Made by a program: the position numbers and the translations under genes | Shown: positions 13,011-26,999 of the stretch, piece by piece | Position numbering within the stretch: the stretch's first letter is position 1 | Layout of the letters: every line of letters begins with the position of its first letter | From: Macrostomum lignano | Lineage: Eukaryota | Assembly (NCBI GenBank): GCA_002269645.1 | Contig: NIVC01001297.1 | Span: 62,001-126,000, forward strand | Direction of reading: 5' to 3' | Length of the DNA stretch: 64,000 bases | The notes under the pieces: model-generated | The model's database searches: none | Told to the model about the DNA's origin: nothing | What the model saw: the letters and a program-made list of their open reading frames with translations, nothing else

Positions 13011-14924
13011 TAAAGCTTCTCACAGACTCAGAGCTTGCCACCAGGATCAGGATGTAGCCCGATTCTCTTCCCCAAATTCAACTACCATTCACCGTTGCCA
13101 ACTCCGGACAAACCTGACTGACACACCTGACACCAATTAACCGCTGGAATTCCCTGCCATATTGCGTCACCACCCCCACCCCGTGCAGTGAATTCCATAA
13201 GGAATGAAAGTGAGCGCCAGGCGTATGGGAGTTGGAAGGGCCAAGATCCTCATTTTCGGGGAAATTGACTCACCGCAGTCTTCATGCTCCCCCCCCCAAC
13301 TGTGCGGACCCCGGCCGCCTCAAGGGAACAATAAAACAAACCGGCGGGGGGTCACCTTCTGGTGGTCGGTCGGGACTGGGCCTGAGACGCTGCTATATAC
13401 TGATAGTTAGAACTGCTCAAGACTGTTGATGCAGCTTAATAGCGGTCCAGCCAGACTCTCCAACTCCAACGCAGCTGTTCCCATCCAGACAGACTTCCCA
13501 GGGATGTTTTTGCGTGTAAAACAGGCCAAGGCATATAATCCCAGCCTTGCCCCTAATAAGCTTCAAGAGAGCTTTGGTATGCGCTGAGTTCTGGGGGGGG
13601 GGGGCGGGGTTCGCGGTGTGTGTGCGGTATGTGTTTGCGCGTGTGTCCTGCAGTCGCTCTTCCCTTGGAACAGAAAATCTTTTTACAATCCTATATAGGA
13701 TTTTTTGTAGAATACAAGCGAATAAAACAAGCCTGTCCCTCCGCGTCTTGGGCCGATCTCAGCGAGACAGGGGGACATCACCTCAGAGTGGCTGCGGCCT
13801 GTCGCTGCGGCGGTGTCATTACTCAATCGGTGCGTATGATGGGGTATAAAACACGGGCCAAGGCTCAAGACCAGATGGGCAGCGGGAGACGGGGGATCGG
13901 AGCGGACGAGAGCAAGCGAGAGAACATGTGCAATGCGACCCGACTCCTAAGCTCTGCCTACCCCCGCCCCCGCTCCTTGAGCTTGATCCCCTCCCCCCAA
14001 AGCCATGGATCCTCGCGAGTCACCTGGACTCATCTATCTGATATCTATCTGAATGCGGCTGGATTAGATTTTTTATAGTTATTCATTGTTAAAAGCAAGA
14101 GATTCAGTGTTCGTGCCTCCACCCCCGCTACCGGTGGCCACATGTTATCAAAGTTTAGGCCTAGACTGGCCGCTTATTTGGCTCTTGACTGCGGGTCAGT
14201 GCTGTCAGAGGGAGAGAGGGAGAGGGGGATAGTGTAGAGACGGGTTGGAGACGAAAAGAGGAGAGGGGAGAGGGGGGAGAGAAGAGATATAGGGACAAAA
14301 GATGAGAGGAAGAGACAAGAGAGAGAGAGAGAGAAAGAGCGAGTGGAAAGAACAGGGCTCAGCAGGTGGCGCATGCCCAACATTGAAAATATTGCATTAG
14401 CATATCAAGGCGAGCACTGCACGCACCCGAGTGAGCCGCATTGCAATACTAAAGGATGCTAAAGTGCTTTAGTACGTGTAAAAGTATGTAAGAAGTATTG
14501 AAAAAAGTTATTTTTTAAAATCGTTGACAGATCATAGTCGCCACACAGTTTATTATATATTAGCTACAGTTAATATACAACCGCAATTAAAGTTGGACCC
14601 CCTGATGTGCAGTCCAGCCAGTGAAAGCCGAAATTTCTCTTTAAACATTTAGTAGATGGAGCAGATTGACAGGTGAAAGTGACCCGTCTGTCCGTTCCAC
14701 ATGGAGTTATAATGACATTCGCTACGCTCTGTTGAGCAAATCTTTTTTAATCGCCATTTTTATTGCCAATCAGAGCTGACTTCCAACCCGGCTAATTGTA
14801 CAGCAACTGCGGCGGCTGTGGGAGAATTCAGGTGAACTGCTGTTTGCCATTCATTTGGCAGCTGGCCAGTGCGTTCGGGTGCGCCTGCCGCTGTCCTCTA
14901 GCAAGAGATACTTGAGATGAGAGT

Positions 14925-15560
14925 ATCTCTTCTCTCCTCTCCTATCCTCTTATCCTCTCCTCTCTCCTCTCTCCCCTCCTCTCTCCTCTCTCTTCTCCTC
15001 TCTCCTCTCCTATCCTCTTCTCCTCTCCTCTCTCCTCTCCTCTCTCATATCTCCTCTCCTCTCTCATATCTCCTCTCCTTTCTCCTCTCCTCTCTCATAT
15101 CTCCTCTCCTTTCTCCTCTCCTCCCTCCTCTCTCCTCTCTCTTCTCCTCTCTCCTCTCCTATCCTCTTCTCCTCTCCTCTCTCCTCTCCTCTCTCATATC
15201 TCCTCTCCTCTCTCATATCTCCTCTCCTTTCTCCTCTCCTCCCTCCTCTCTCCTCTCTTTTCTCCTCTCCTCTCTCATGTCTCCTCTCCTTTCTCCCCTC
15301 CTCTCCTTTCTCCTCTCCTCTCTCCTCTCTTCTCTCCTCTCTTATCCTCTTCTCCTCTCCTCTCTCCTCTCCTCTCTCATATCTCCTCTCCTCTCTCCTC
15401 CCTTCTCTCCTCTCCCCTCCCCTCTCCTCTCTCCCTCTCTTCTCTCATCTCCACTCTCCTTTCTACTCTCCTCTCTCATATCGCATCTCCACTCACCTCT
15501 CTCCTCTCCCTCTCATCTTCACTCTCCTCTCTGCTTTCCTCTCTTCTATCTCTCCTTCTC
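14925..15560. repeat. CT-rich low-complexity tract, (ctcct)n-like
   Basis: Nearly pure pyrimidine on the + strand. Confidence 0.9.
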
Positions 15561-15941
15561 CTCTCTCATCTCCTTTCTTCCTTCTCCCCAGTCTCATCTC
15601 ATTTCTCTTATCTCGCTGGGTCTTTCCCCATTCATCTATCTCACATTGCCCGCTAATGTACACCTGTAACTCTTCTCATCTCTGTCTCACTCATCTCGAT
15701 ACCACTCTCAGTATCTACTTCTTCAACTCCCATTACCGCTCTTTATGGTAGAGATTAATAGCTTGAAAGCTGAGGGCCAAAAATGAGAGACCTGGATAAA
15801 CACAGAGAATAATTCATCTTAGCCGCGTTTGCTGGTTTGACAAATCCCCATTTTACATTAAGAAGTGGAAAGCAGATATCGTATGGTTTGGCTTCTACAG
15901 ACAGACCGGTGGGCATTTGATCGAGCGCGAGCTGCCTTTTA

Positions 15942-16607
<666 letters not shown>

Positions 16608-17204
16608 TCACCCCTCTCCCCTCTCTTTAATCCGCTTGAGAACTGCAACGGAGGCCCTCGCGATTCCTAGGAGGCGCTGCAGCCTCATCAAGCGCAGGCC
16701 TGCAGCCGCCTTCGGATTGGCGCATTAATTATTAACTGTTTTTTTCTCTCCAGGAGCTGACAGCGGGGCTGCAGCGACTGAACAGTGGCTGCCACCGCCC
16801 ACTCTCAAGCGACGACAATTTTTGCGAGTAGCTATGGGGTGGGGACAGATGCAGCGTCCCCCAGCCTCCGCTCCTGGTCCCGCTGCTGCTGTTGAATAAT
16901 GCAGCATCGAGGGGGCCAAGCCAATCTTGGCTGCAGAGGGGGGGGGGGCTGAAAAATGCATGAGCTTATATATGCGAATGAGGAGGCCCGGGTCGGTATC
17001 TGTACTCGGGAATTAAATCAATTCTCTCTCTGTTTACGCCTCTTGTTTTTTTGCATCTTGCCCGAGCGTGTTCTAAAATTTCATCTTTCTCTACTTCTCA
17101 AATCTTTGACTTTTTCAAATTTTGGCTAATTGCTTCGCTATAATTGATTCTTACTGTAGGTTATTGGTCCTGAATTCTAGCTCAATATTATTGAATAGTT
17201 ATTG

Positions 17205-17500
17205 GTCTTAGCTCTTGGTTCTTAGCTCTTGGTTCTTAGCTCTTGGTTCTTAGCTCTTGGTTCTTAGCTCTTGGTTCTTAGCTCTTGGTTCTTAGCTCTT
17301 GGTTCTTAGTTCTTGGTTTTTAACTCTTGATTCTTAGCTCTTAGTTTTTAGCTCTTGGTTTTTAGCTCTTGGTTCTTAGCTCTTGGTTCTTAGCTCTTGG
17401 TTCTTAGTTCTTGGTTTTTAACTCTTGGTTCTTAGCTCTTAGTTTTTAGCTCTTGGTTTTTAACTCTTGGTTCTTAACTCTTTGCTCTTAACTGTTTCTG
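17205..17500. repeat. Minisatellite, 14-bp unit ttagctcttggttc
   Basis: Tandem repeat read directly. Confidence 0.9.
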
Positions 17501-17875
17501 TTCTTACCTCTTGGCTCTCTAACTTACTGATTACTAACTCTTTGTTCGTGTTCAGTTGAGCTCATCTTTCACTCAAATACGCGGTTCTGAACTGTCTGTA
17601 TCGAACTGATTCGCCTTTTATCTGTAAAACTCAATCGCTCCCGATTCGCAAATCCTCAAACGTGACATTTTGCTTCAAGCGTGACTGTTCGCGTCAAAAA
17701 TAGTTTTGCGCAACCTTCAGGCCATTGAATTGAAATCGATTATACAGATTTATTTTATCCCCAAGTCCAGAAACGGGAGCAGGAGGGGCCTGATGTTGGG
17801 GATATTGTGAATCCCATCGTACGCTCGTATTAACAGCCATAGTGTTTTTCAGTCGTTCTTATTCCACAGGTTTAT

Positions 17876-18955
17876 TCACATGTCCAGCGTCTGGCCGCTG
17901 TCCTCGTCGGTGCCAACTTCGAAGTCTTCGGCCTCGCCCGGCGGCAGCGGGAGACGCCGGCAGGTTGGCGTCGGCGGCGCCTGGTCGGCCTGGCAGTTGC
18001 CGATCTTGATTCTCTTCTGCTTCTGGCGCTGGTTGCAGAACCAGACTCTCACGACGCTCTTCTTTAGGCCGAGCTTCTGAGCAATGTCGCCGATCTTGTC
18101 CGAGGACGGCCGGGACTGCACGGCGAAATAGGCTTCGAGAGAGCGCCGCTCCGGCGTTGCTATGGAAGTCCGGCGCCGCTTGGCCTCGCGAAGGCCCGAG
18201 CACAGCCTGGACTGGTACTGCCGCTCCGCGTGCACCAGCCACTGCTCCAGGATCGGCCGCAGCGCCAGCATGTTGTTGTGGCTCAGGGTCAGCGACTCGA
18301 ACCGGCAGATGGTCGACTGCGACAGCGAGCCCATGCCGGCCACGTTCAACTGGGCGATGTCGCGGCCAACGTCGGCCTGGGTGAAGCCGAGCTTCACTCG
18401 GCGCTGCTTGAACGCCTCGGCGAACTGCTCCAGATCGCGGATGGTCTCCTGGCTCAGCGTCTGGCTGATGGCTCTGGCCTCCTCCAGCCACTGGATCCCG
18501 CTTGGTGAGGAGCCGCCGCCGTGCATCGGCGAGGACTGGTGCACCTGCTGCTGCTGCTGCTGTTGGGCCAGATGAGGCGGAGGCTGAGTTGGTGCCTCAG
18601 CGGCAGTCGAGTAGCAGTGGAATCCGAAGACTGCGGCCGCAGCGGCTTGCTGGCCGAAGTCGAGGCTGTTGCCGGTGTACCAGCAGCTGGGCTGGCTCTG
18701 ATGGTGATGCTGCTGCGGCTGCTGAGGCTGATGATGCTGGTGCTGATGGTGCTGAAGATGGTGATGATGCTCCTGGTGGTGACTCGAGTAGCCGTGATGA
18801 AGGCTGTGCTGCTGATGCTGCTGATGCTGCAGGTTCCAAGCTGCTGCGGCGGCTGTCGCGGCCGCGGCCGTGAGGCCGAAATGCTGCTGCAGATTGTCTG
18901 CAGGTGGGTGTTCCTGTCTGACAGATGGACAGGCTCCACCGTTGGTGGTTGCCAT
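17876..18955 (-). CDS. POU4: Divergent class IV POU homeodomain transcription factor, copy B, single coding exon (359 aa)
   Basis: POU-specific domain DLEQFAEAFKQRRVKLGFTQADVG...SQSTICRFESLTLSHNNMLALRP; homeodomain KRRRTSIA...VRVWFCNQRQKQKR. The ATG is in a strong context (gtcaccATGG) with an in-frame TAA 11 codons upstream. A probable 5'UTR intron runs from a donor at 19916 to an acceptor near 18998. Confidence 0.93.
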   Translation of the reverse strand: MATTNGGACPSVRQEHPPADNLQQHFGLTAAAATAAAAAWNLQHQQHQQHSLHHGYSSHHQEHHHHLQHHQHQHHQPQQPQQHHHQSQPSCWYTGNSLDFGQQAAAAAVFGFHCYSTAAEAPTQPPPHLAQQQQQQQVHQSSPMHGGGSSPSGIQWLEEARAISQTLSQETIRDLEQFAEAFKQRRVKLGFTQADVGRDIAQLNVAGMGSLSQSTICRFESLTLSHNNMLALRPILEQWLVHAERQYQSRLCSGLREAKRRRTSIATPERRSLEAYFAVQSRPSSDKIGDIAQKLGLKKSVVRVWFCNQRQKQKRIKIGNCQADQAPPTPTCRRLPLPPGEAEDFEVGTDEDSGQTLDM

Positions 18956-19079
18956 GGTGACTAGATGAGGCGACGCGTAGGATGCTTAGCTGCGATCCTG
19001 GGATAAATTAATAAAGTATTATAATATGACGTATGATATTGTGAAAAGTTATTTGAAAATTTCATACTTAAATTTAGTA

Positions 19080-19900
19080 ATGCCATAGACTACTAGAATA
19101 AAACCAATGCCATAGAATACAGACTCAAATCAATGCCATAGACTATAGAATCAAGTCAATGCCATAGAGTATAGAATCAAGTCAATGCCATAGACTATAG
19201 AATAAAATTAATTCCATAGACTATAGAATAAAATTAATTCCATAGACTACATAATCAAATCAATACCATAGACTACAGAATCAAATCAATGCCATAGACT
19301 ACAGAATCAAATCAATGCCATAGACTACAGAATCAAATCAATGCCATAGACTATAGAATCAAATCAATGCCATAGACTATAGAATCAAATCAATGCCATA
19401 GACTATAGAATCAAGTCAATGCCATAGACTACAAAATCGAATCAATGCCATAGACTATAGAATCAAATCAATGCCATAGACTACAGAATCAAATCAATGC
19501 CATAGACTACAGAATCAAATCAATGCCATAGACTACATAATCAAATCAATGCCATAGACTATAGAATCAAATCAATGCCATAGACTACATAATCAAATCA
19601 ATGCCATAGACTACATAATCAAATCAATGCCATAGACTACATAATCAAATCAATGCCATAGACTACATAATCAAATCAATGCCATGGACTACAGAATAAA
19701 ATTAATTCCATAGACTACAGAATCAAATCAATGCCATAGACTACAGAATCAAATCAATGCCATAGACTACAGAATCAAATCAATGCCATAGACTACAGAA
19801 TCAAATCAATGCCATAGACTACAGAATCAAATCAATGCCATAGACTACAGAATCAAATCAATGCCATAGACTACAGAATCAAATCAATGTCATAGACTAG
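19080..19900. repeat. Minisatellite, 26-bp unit ccatagactacagaatcaaatcaatg
   Basis: Tandem repeat within the putative 5'UTR intron of POU4 copy B. Confidence 0.95.
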
Positions 19901-21249
19901 ACTCAAACTGACTTACCTCCTGCTGATTATCAATTCAGCTATAAACTGTTTTCGAATCGTGCGTTTTTAAATCCTAATAAGGGAAGGCGTTAATTGGAAA
20001 ATAGGTTCGTCAGCTCAACAGGTTAACAGAGCAGGTATCGGATGCCTGTCGTGACTTGTCTCTAAATTTACCAGGCCTAAATACTCAGAGGAATGCCCTG
20101 AAGCTAATCCTCTTCTGCTGGGAGAAAGACAGAAGAGACAGAGAAGGCAACAACAAAAAGCGGCTTTGATGATAGAGGCAGACTCAAGCCGGAGCTAAAA
20201 CAGAAAAATGGAAGAAATAGAAAGACAGGTGAGTTTAGGTGAGAAGTGTGCGTGTGTGTGTGAGTGTGTGTGACGCTTTGGGCAAAAAGTGGAGTAGAAC
20301 AAGAGGGGAACAACCGGAGTCACCTAGGGCAGAGGAGTCACTCCCTTCTAAATATTAAGAGCAGTGTCTGGCACCTGTTGCTGAATGCATTTCTCCAAGC
20401 CCACCTAAGCCCCCACCCCTGACTTGGCCAGAGATGCCTTCAGATGGGCGGCTGCCTTCGTCCATCCAGCAGCTATAAGTCCCAGAAGCCACTCGAGAAT
20501 TAGCCGCGGCGGGACACAGCGGGGGGTCCCTGGCGAGATGAGGAGAGAAATAATAATACGCGAGCTGCCTCGCATGCCACCGCACAGACGGCACCTTTTC
20601 CCACCGCTTGTGCTCAGCTGCATAGAGCACGGAGCAGCACAAAACGGCTTTAAGAGTTTTTCCCAGCCCCAGGGCGCAACAACTCGCAGTGTCCCGCCCT
20701 TGTCTTTTGGCTCTTTTACTGTATGCTGCTGCTGCTGCTGCTGGCAGAGTCAATTGTGATGGAGAGTCCCCCCTCAAGAGCGGCTTGGCTCCTCAAACTC
20801 CCCACCATCGTCTCTTCTATTACCCCCACCCCAACCACTCCGCTTAGGGGCCTCCGCCACCCCGCAGTTTCCAGACTGCAGCAGCAGCAGCAGCAGCAGC
20901 AGAAGCCAACAGCGCGGGAGGCAGCAACACTTTATTGTGCGTCTTCCACAATTCTCTTAGTAAGCAGCGCTTTATTTTACTGCGCGCCCCACTGCCCGGT
21001 GTAGAAATCCGTCCGCTGGCTTTTGAGTAGGGCTGGAGGCTGGAGAAGCCAGGCCGGGGCCCTCCTGCTGGCCCGCAGGGGTGAAGAGGCTGCTGCGCTG
21101 CGTGGCGCCAGCAGGTCTGGGAACTGGGCTGAGCAGCTCCCTAGGTGAGGGAAGGAGCTGGGAGTTGCGCTGGACTCAGTGCACCTGTGCTGTGGCTTGC
21201 TACACCTGTGGCTGATCCGTAGTGTGATAGAGTCCCGATCCTATTGCTG

Positions 21250-21900
21250 AAGCTGATTATTAATGTTTTGAGGGCCGATTATCAAATGTCTTGAAAGCTG
21301 ATTATCAATTGTTTTGAAGGCCGATTATCAAATGTTTTAAAAGCTGATTATCAATAGTTTTGAAGGCCGATTATCAAATGTTTTAAAAGCTGATTATCAA
21401 TAGTTTTGAAGGCCGATTATCAAATGTCTTGAAAGTTGATTATCAAATGTTTTGAGGGCCGATTATCAAATGTTTTAAAAGCTGATTATCAATAGTTTTG
21501 AAGGCCGATTAACAAATGTCTTGAAAGCTGATTATCAATTGTTTTGAAGGCCGATTATCAAATGTTTTAAAAGCTGATTATCAATAGTTTTGAAGGCCGA
21601 TTATCAAATGTCTTGAAAGTTGATTATCAAATGTTTTGAGGGCCGATTATCAAATGTTTTAAAAGCTGATTATCAATAGTTTTGAAGGCCGATTAACAAA
21701 TGTCTTGAAAGCCGATATTATCAAATGTTTTGAAGGCTGATATTATCAAATGTCTTGAAAGCTGATATTATCAAATGTTTTGAAGGCTGATTACTACGAG
21801 CGTAATTGTTTTGAAGCCGATTATCAAATATTTTGTGGACCGATTATCACCTTTTTGAAGGCCGATTATCAACTGTTTTGAAGGCCAATTTTCAATTTTT
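21250..21900. repeat. Minisatellite, ~23-bp unit gccgattatcaaatgttttgaag
   Basis: Tandem repeat with alternating variants. Confidence 0.9.
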
Positions 21901-22854
21901 TGAAGTCATTTTGCTGACTGAATATCAAACGTTATAAAGGCCGATGATCTTTACATGCATAATAGGCATACCCCGCGTAGATACAGTAAAGGCATAGCTA
22001 CAGATCCATTCCGGCTGTGTTTTATTACGCGCAGTCTGGAGAGTTCAAGAGTCATATTCAGTCATGAAATTCCGGGCCTAAAATCCATGTATATGCAGTC
22101 TGTATTCTATGTGGCACAAGAGGAGCCCCGACAGATGCTGCTGTCTGTCCCCCACCATCATTCTTGCTCATTCTCTCTCTCTCTCACTCTCTCATTTCTC
22201 TCATCGCGACAGCCGCTGTTTCACGGCGTTTGGAAGCTGGCAAAAATCTATAATACAGAGAGGAGAGAACCGAGGAGTCAGCGAGGAAGATCCATCTCCA
22301 TTATGAAACTCCCATCCGAGCCGCTGCTGCCGCTGCCAACACACCCGGACATCCCCCTGGGAGGCGTAAGCTGTTGCCTTGCCAGCAGCGACTTATTAAG
22401 TTAATAAATTAGCGCTCAGTCCCGGGAGGCCGCGCTGAGAACAGAGAGAGAGAGAGAGGCGGAGAAGGGATCAGAAAAGGCTGGGGTAGCCCGATCCTTG
22501 GCAACTCACGGTAGATGGAAAATCTACATCAAGTCAATGATATACCCGTTCAATGCTTACTAATCTGCCTGTTGGAAACTGGGGGGGGGGTTAGGAACAG
22601 ACAGCGGATTTCCGGTAGTGGACCGGCAGGGAATCGATCAGCAGCATGTCACCACCTCAACCTCCCGGAGGGCGAATCCAAGCGGGAGAATTGAGGCTGA
22701 CACTGATTTCGGTACTGCTAAAAAACACTTTGAGAAGATGAAAAATACATTGCTGACACAACTTGGCTGAGAAACTTTGATAGGAACGGGAGCAATGAAG
22801 ATTAGGGGAGTATTAGCGGAAATATTGATATATTGATACAGACAGAAGCACCGA

Positions 22855-24585
22855 GACAGGAATGAACAGGCAGGAATGAACAGACAGGAATGAACAGGCA
22901 GGAATGAACAGGCAGGAATAAAGAGACAGGAATGAACAGACAGGAATGAACAGGCAGGAATAAGAGACAGGAATGAACAGACAGGAATGAACAGGCAGGA
23001 ATGAACAGGCAGGAATGAACAGGCAGGAATGAACAGGCAGGAATGAACAGGCAGGAATGAAGAGGCAGGAATAAAGAGACAGGAATGAACAGACAGGAAT
23101 GAACAGGCAGGAATGAACAGGCAGGAATAAAGAGACAGGAATGAACAGACAGGAATGAACAGACAGGAATGAACAGGCAGGAATAAAGAGACAGGAATGA
23201 ACAGGCAGGAATGAACAGACAGGAATGAACAGGCAGGAATGAACAGGCAGGAATGAACAGGCAGGAATGAACAGGCAGGAATGAACAGGCAGGAATGAAC
23301 AGGCAGGAATGAACAGGCAGGAATGAACAGGCAGGAATGAACAGGCAGGAATGAACAGGCAGGAATAAAGAGACAGGAATGAACAGGCAGGAATGAACAG
23401 ACAGGAATGAACAGGCAGGAATGAACAGGCAGGAATGAACAGGCAGGAATGAACAGGCAGGAATGAACAGACAGGAATGAACAGGCAGGAATAAGCAGGC
23501 AGGAATGAACAGACAGGAATGAACAGGCAGGAATGAACAGGCAGGAATAAAGAGACAGGAATGAACAGGCAGGAATGAACAGGCAGGAATGAACAGACAG
23601 GAATGAACAGGCAGGAATGAACAGGCAGGAATGAACAGACAGGAATGAACAGGCAGGAATGAACAGGCAGGAATGAACAGGCAGGAATGAACAGGCAGGA
23701 ATGAACAGGCAGGAATGAACAGGCAGGAATAAAGAGACAGGAATGAACAGGCAGGAATGAACAGACAGGAATGAACAGGCAGGAATGAACAGGCAGGAAT
23801 GAGCAGGCAGGAATGAACAGACAGGAATGAACAGGCAGGAATGAACAGGCAGGAATGAACAGGCAGGAATAAAGAGACAGGAATGAACAGGCAGGAATGA
23901 ACAGACAGGAATGAACAGGCAGGAATGAACAGGCAGGAATGAACAGGCAGGAATAAAGAGACAGGAATGAACAGGCAGGAATGAACAGACAGGAATGAAC
24001 AGGCAGGAATGAACAGGCAGGAATGAGCAGGCAGGAATGAACAGGCAGGAATGAGCAGGCAGGAATGAACAGACAGGAATGAACAGGCAGGAATGAACAG
24101 GCAGGAATGAACAGGCAGGAATAAAGAGACAGGAATGAACAGGCAGGAATGAACAGACAGGAATGAACAGGCAGGAATGAACAGGCAGGAATGAACAGGC
24201 AGGAATAAAGAGACAGGAATGAACAGGCAGGAATGAACAGACAGGAATGAACAGGCAGGAATGAACAGGCAGGAATGAGCAGGCAGGAATGAACAGACAG
24301 GAATGAACAGGCAGGAATGAACAGGCAGGAATGAACAGGCAGGAATAAAGAGACAGGAATGAACAGGCAGGAATAAAGAGACAGGAATGAACAGGCAGGA
24401 ATAAAGAGACAGGAATGAACAGGCAGGAATAAAGAGACAGGAATGAACAGGCAGGAATAAAGAGACAGGAATGAACAGGCAGGAATGAACAGGCAGGAAT
24501 AAAGAGACAGGAATGAACAGGCAGGAATGAACAGACAGGAATGAACAGGCAGGAATGAACAGGCAGGAATGAACAGGCAGGAATG
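22855..24585. repeat. Minisatellite, 14-bp unit caggaatgaacagg
   Basis: Tandem repeat with variants caggaataaagaga and caggaatgaacaga; source of the spurious 699-aa ORF. Confidence 0.97.
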
Positions 24586-25419
24586 AAGAGAGTCAGAGAG
24601 AGACTAGAGGCAGACAGAGAGAAACTAAAATAGAAGTTCAGCAACGAGAATTGCGCTCGAGTTAACGGACTCGCAGCACCTGAGTTATTTGCAGCACCTG
24701 ACAGTTTTATTTGAGGCCCGCAATATGGTCTCTTCAACTCCCGTGGAACCAGTTAAAAGACCCTGAGTTTTGCCCCAACCGCCTGAAGTCAATGAGGGAT
24801 CAAAAAAAATTTTGCTCTAAAAAATGAAATTCAGAACAGAACTCACCGCAGAGGTTCGGCCGGAGCCAGAGACGAGCAAGTTAAAGGCACACAGCAGAGA
24901 ATTAAAGTTGAGTTTGCCTGCTCTACAACCCTCTCCCCAACTTTAAAAAAAGAAGCAAACGTGCAGTCCTGGCTGGTAGGTAAAAAACCTGCAGCAAATT
25001 GATGATTGCAGGCGCTAAAAAGTCGCGGCTGCTGCCCCTAGGAGGGAATTGTTGCAGTCGGGATCGGGGGGGAGGGGGCAGTGCAGGCATCGTTCATATG
25101 GGGGTGGCAAACTGAGACCAGCATGAAGTCTGCAGCAGCAGCCTAAAGGGATAATAATGAGGACACCATAATTAGGGCATTGTGAATATGGGAGGGCTTC
25201 AACTTGATAGAGCAGCAAGTCAGGAGAGGGCGCAGGCCTGCAATCCTGAGACCGAAAAAATAAACTTGTGAAGTAGAATGCTTTATTCTCTGCTAGACAA
25301 TCCCCCTCACAGAGTCTGTGCTCAGTGCTGAGACTGGTGGAGTCCAGCGTCGAGATGGAGTGGAATAAAACAAAATGAGAAACTTTGAAATGAGATGAAG
25401 TGAGATCAAGTTGATAGAG

Positions 25420-26340
25420 AAACAGACACAAACTAAGATGAAGAGACACAAACTGAGGTTGAGAGACACAAATTGAGGTTGAGAGACACAAGCTGAGGTT
25501 GAGAGACACAAACTGAGGTTGAGAGACACAAGCTGAGGTTGAGAGACACAAACTGAGGTTGAGAGACACAAACTGAGGTTGAGAGACACAAACTGAGGTT
25601 GAGAGACACAAACTGAGGTTGAGAGACACAAATTGAGGTTGAGAAACACGAACTGAGGTGGAGAGACACAAACTGAGGTGGAGAGACACAAATTGAGGTT
25701 GAGAGACACAAACTGAGGTTGAGAGACACAAATTGAGGTTGAGAGACACAAACTGAGATGGAGAGACACAAATTGAGGTTGAGAGACACAAACTGAGGTT
25801 GAGAGACACAAATTGAGGTTGGGAGACACAAACTGAGATGGAGAGACACAAATTGATGTTGAGAGACACAAACTGAGGTTGAGAGACACAAATTGAGGTT
25901 GAGAGACACAAACTGAGGTGGAGAGACACAAATTGAGGTTGAGAGACACAAACTGAGGTGGAGAGACACAAATTGAGGTTGAGAGACACAAACTGAGATG
26001 GAGAGACACAAATTGAGGTTGAGAGACACAAACTGAGGTTGAGAGACACAAACTGAGGTTGAGAGACACAAATTGAGGTTGAGAGACACAAACTGAGGTT
26101 GAGAGACACAAACTGAGGTTGAGAGACACAAACTGAGGTTGAGAGACACAAACTGAGGTTGAGAGACACAAACTGAGGTTGAGAGACACAAACTGAGGTT
26201 GAGAGACACAAACTGAGGTGGAGAGACACACTGAGGTTGAGAGACAGACACTAAGGTGGAGAGACACAAACTGAGGTGGAGAGACACACACTGAGGTGAA
26301 GAGACACAAACTGAGGTTGAGAGACAGACAGATACACTGA
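25420..26340. repeat. Minisatellite, 20-bp unit gagagacacaaactgaggtt
   Basis: Tandem repeat read directly. Confidence 0.95.
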
Positions 26341-26999
26341 GGTGCAGACCCGAGCATCGAGTGGGTGGCATATGAAAATCCAATAACTTGAAAGCCAATG
26401 GGTCAACTCCGCTCTGGAAGCGCACTGCTGCACCCAGGGTCTCGGGACTGGCAGAAGCAGAAGCTGGCGAGATGAAAAGATTCGAGAGCGAGAGCAGATG
26501 GACAGATGGCGGGCGAGGGGGTGCAGACAGTCCATTAACTTCTACATTTGACCACATACACCCGCGCGATCGAAAACCAAAGCGACTCCGGGGAACAAAA
26601 TTTGTTGCGAGTGGATAGCGGAAGCTCGCGGATCTCCGAGTCCAGTTGTTGCTAGGGCATTCCCAAGCCGGGCCCATGCAAGAGGAGGAGATGAAAGGAT
26701 AATGGAGATCTGCAGCTCCAGTCGAGCACAGTCGCACACGCGAGTTAAAAAGTCAAGAGAGCTGGAATAGCGACCATCCCAGAGGAGTTGGGCGGGGTTG
26801 GGGTGGGGTGGAACTCTGAAAGCGATCCCTGGTAATTACATACAGCAAAGATTGACGAACCACTCGGCTCGAGACTCTCCGCCTCGGTTACAACCTCAAC
26901 AGAGACAGAGATCGATAGGCATGCTTGGAATTAGCGGTACGCGATAGCACTTGACAGACTACTTAGCAGTAGGAATACAAAATCACCAGTCTAACTCCG

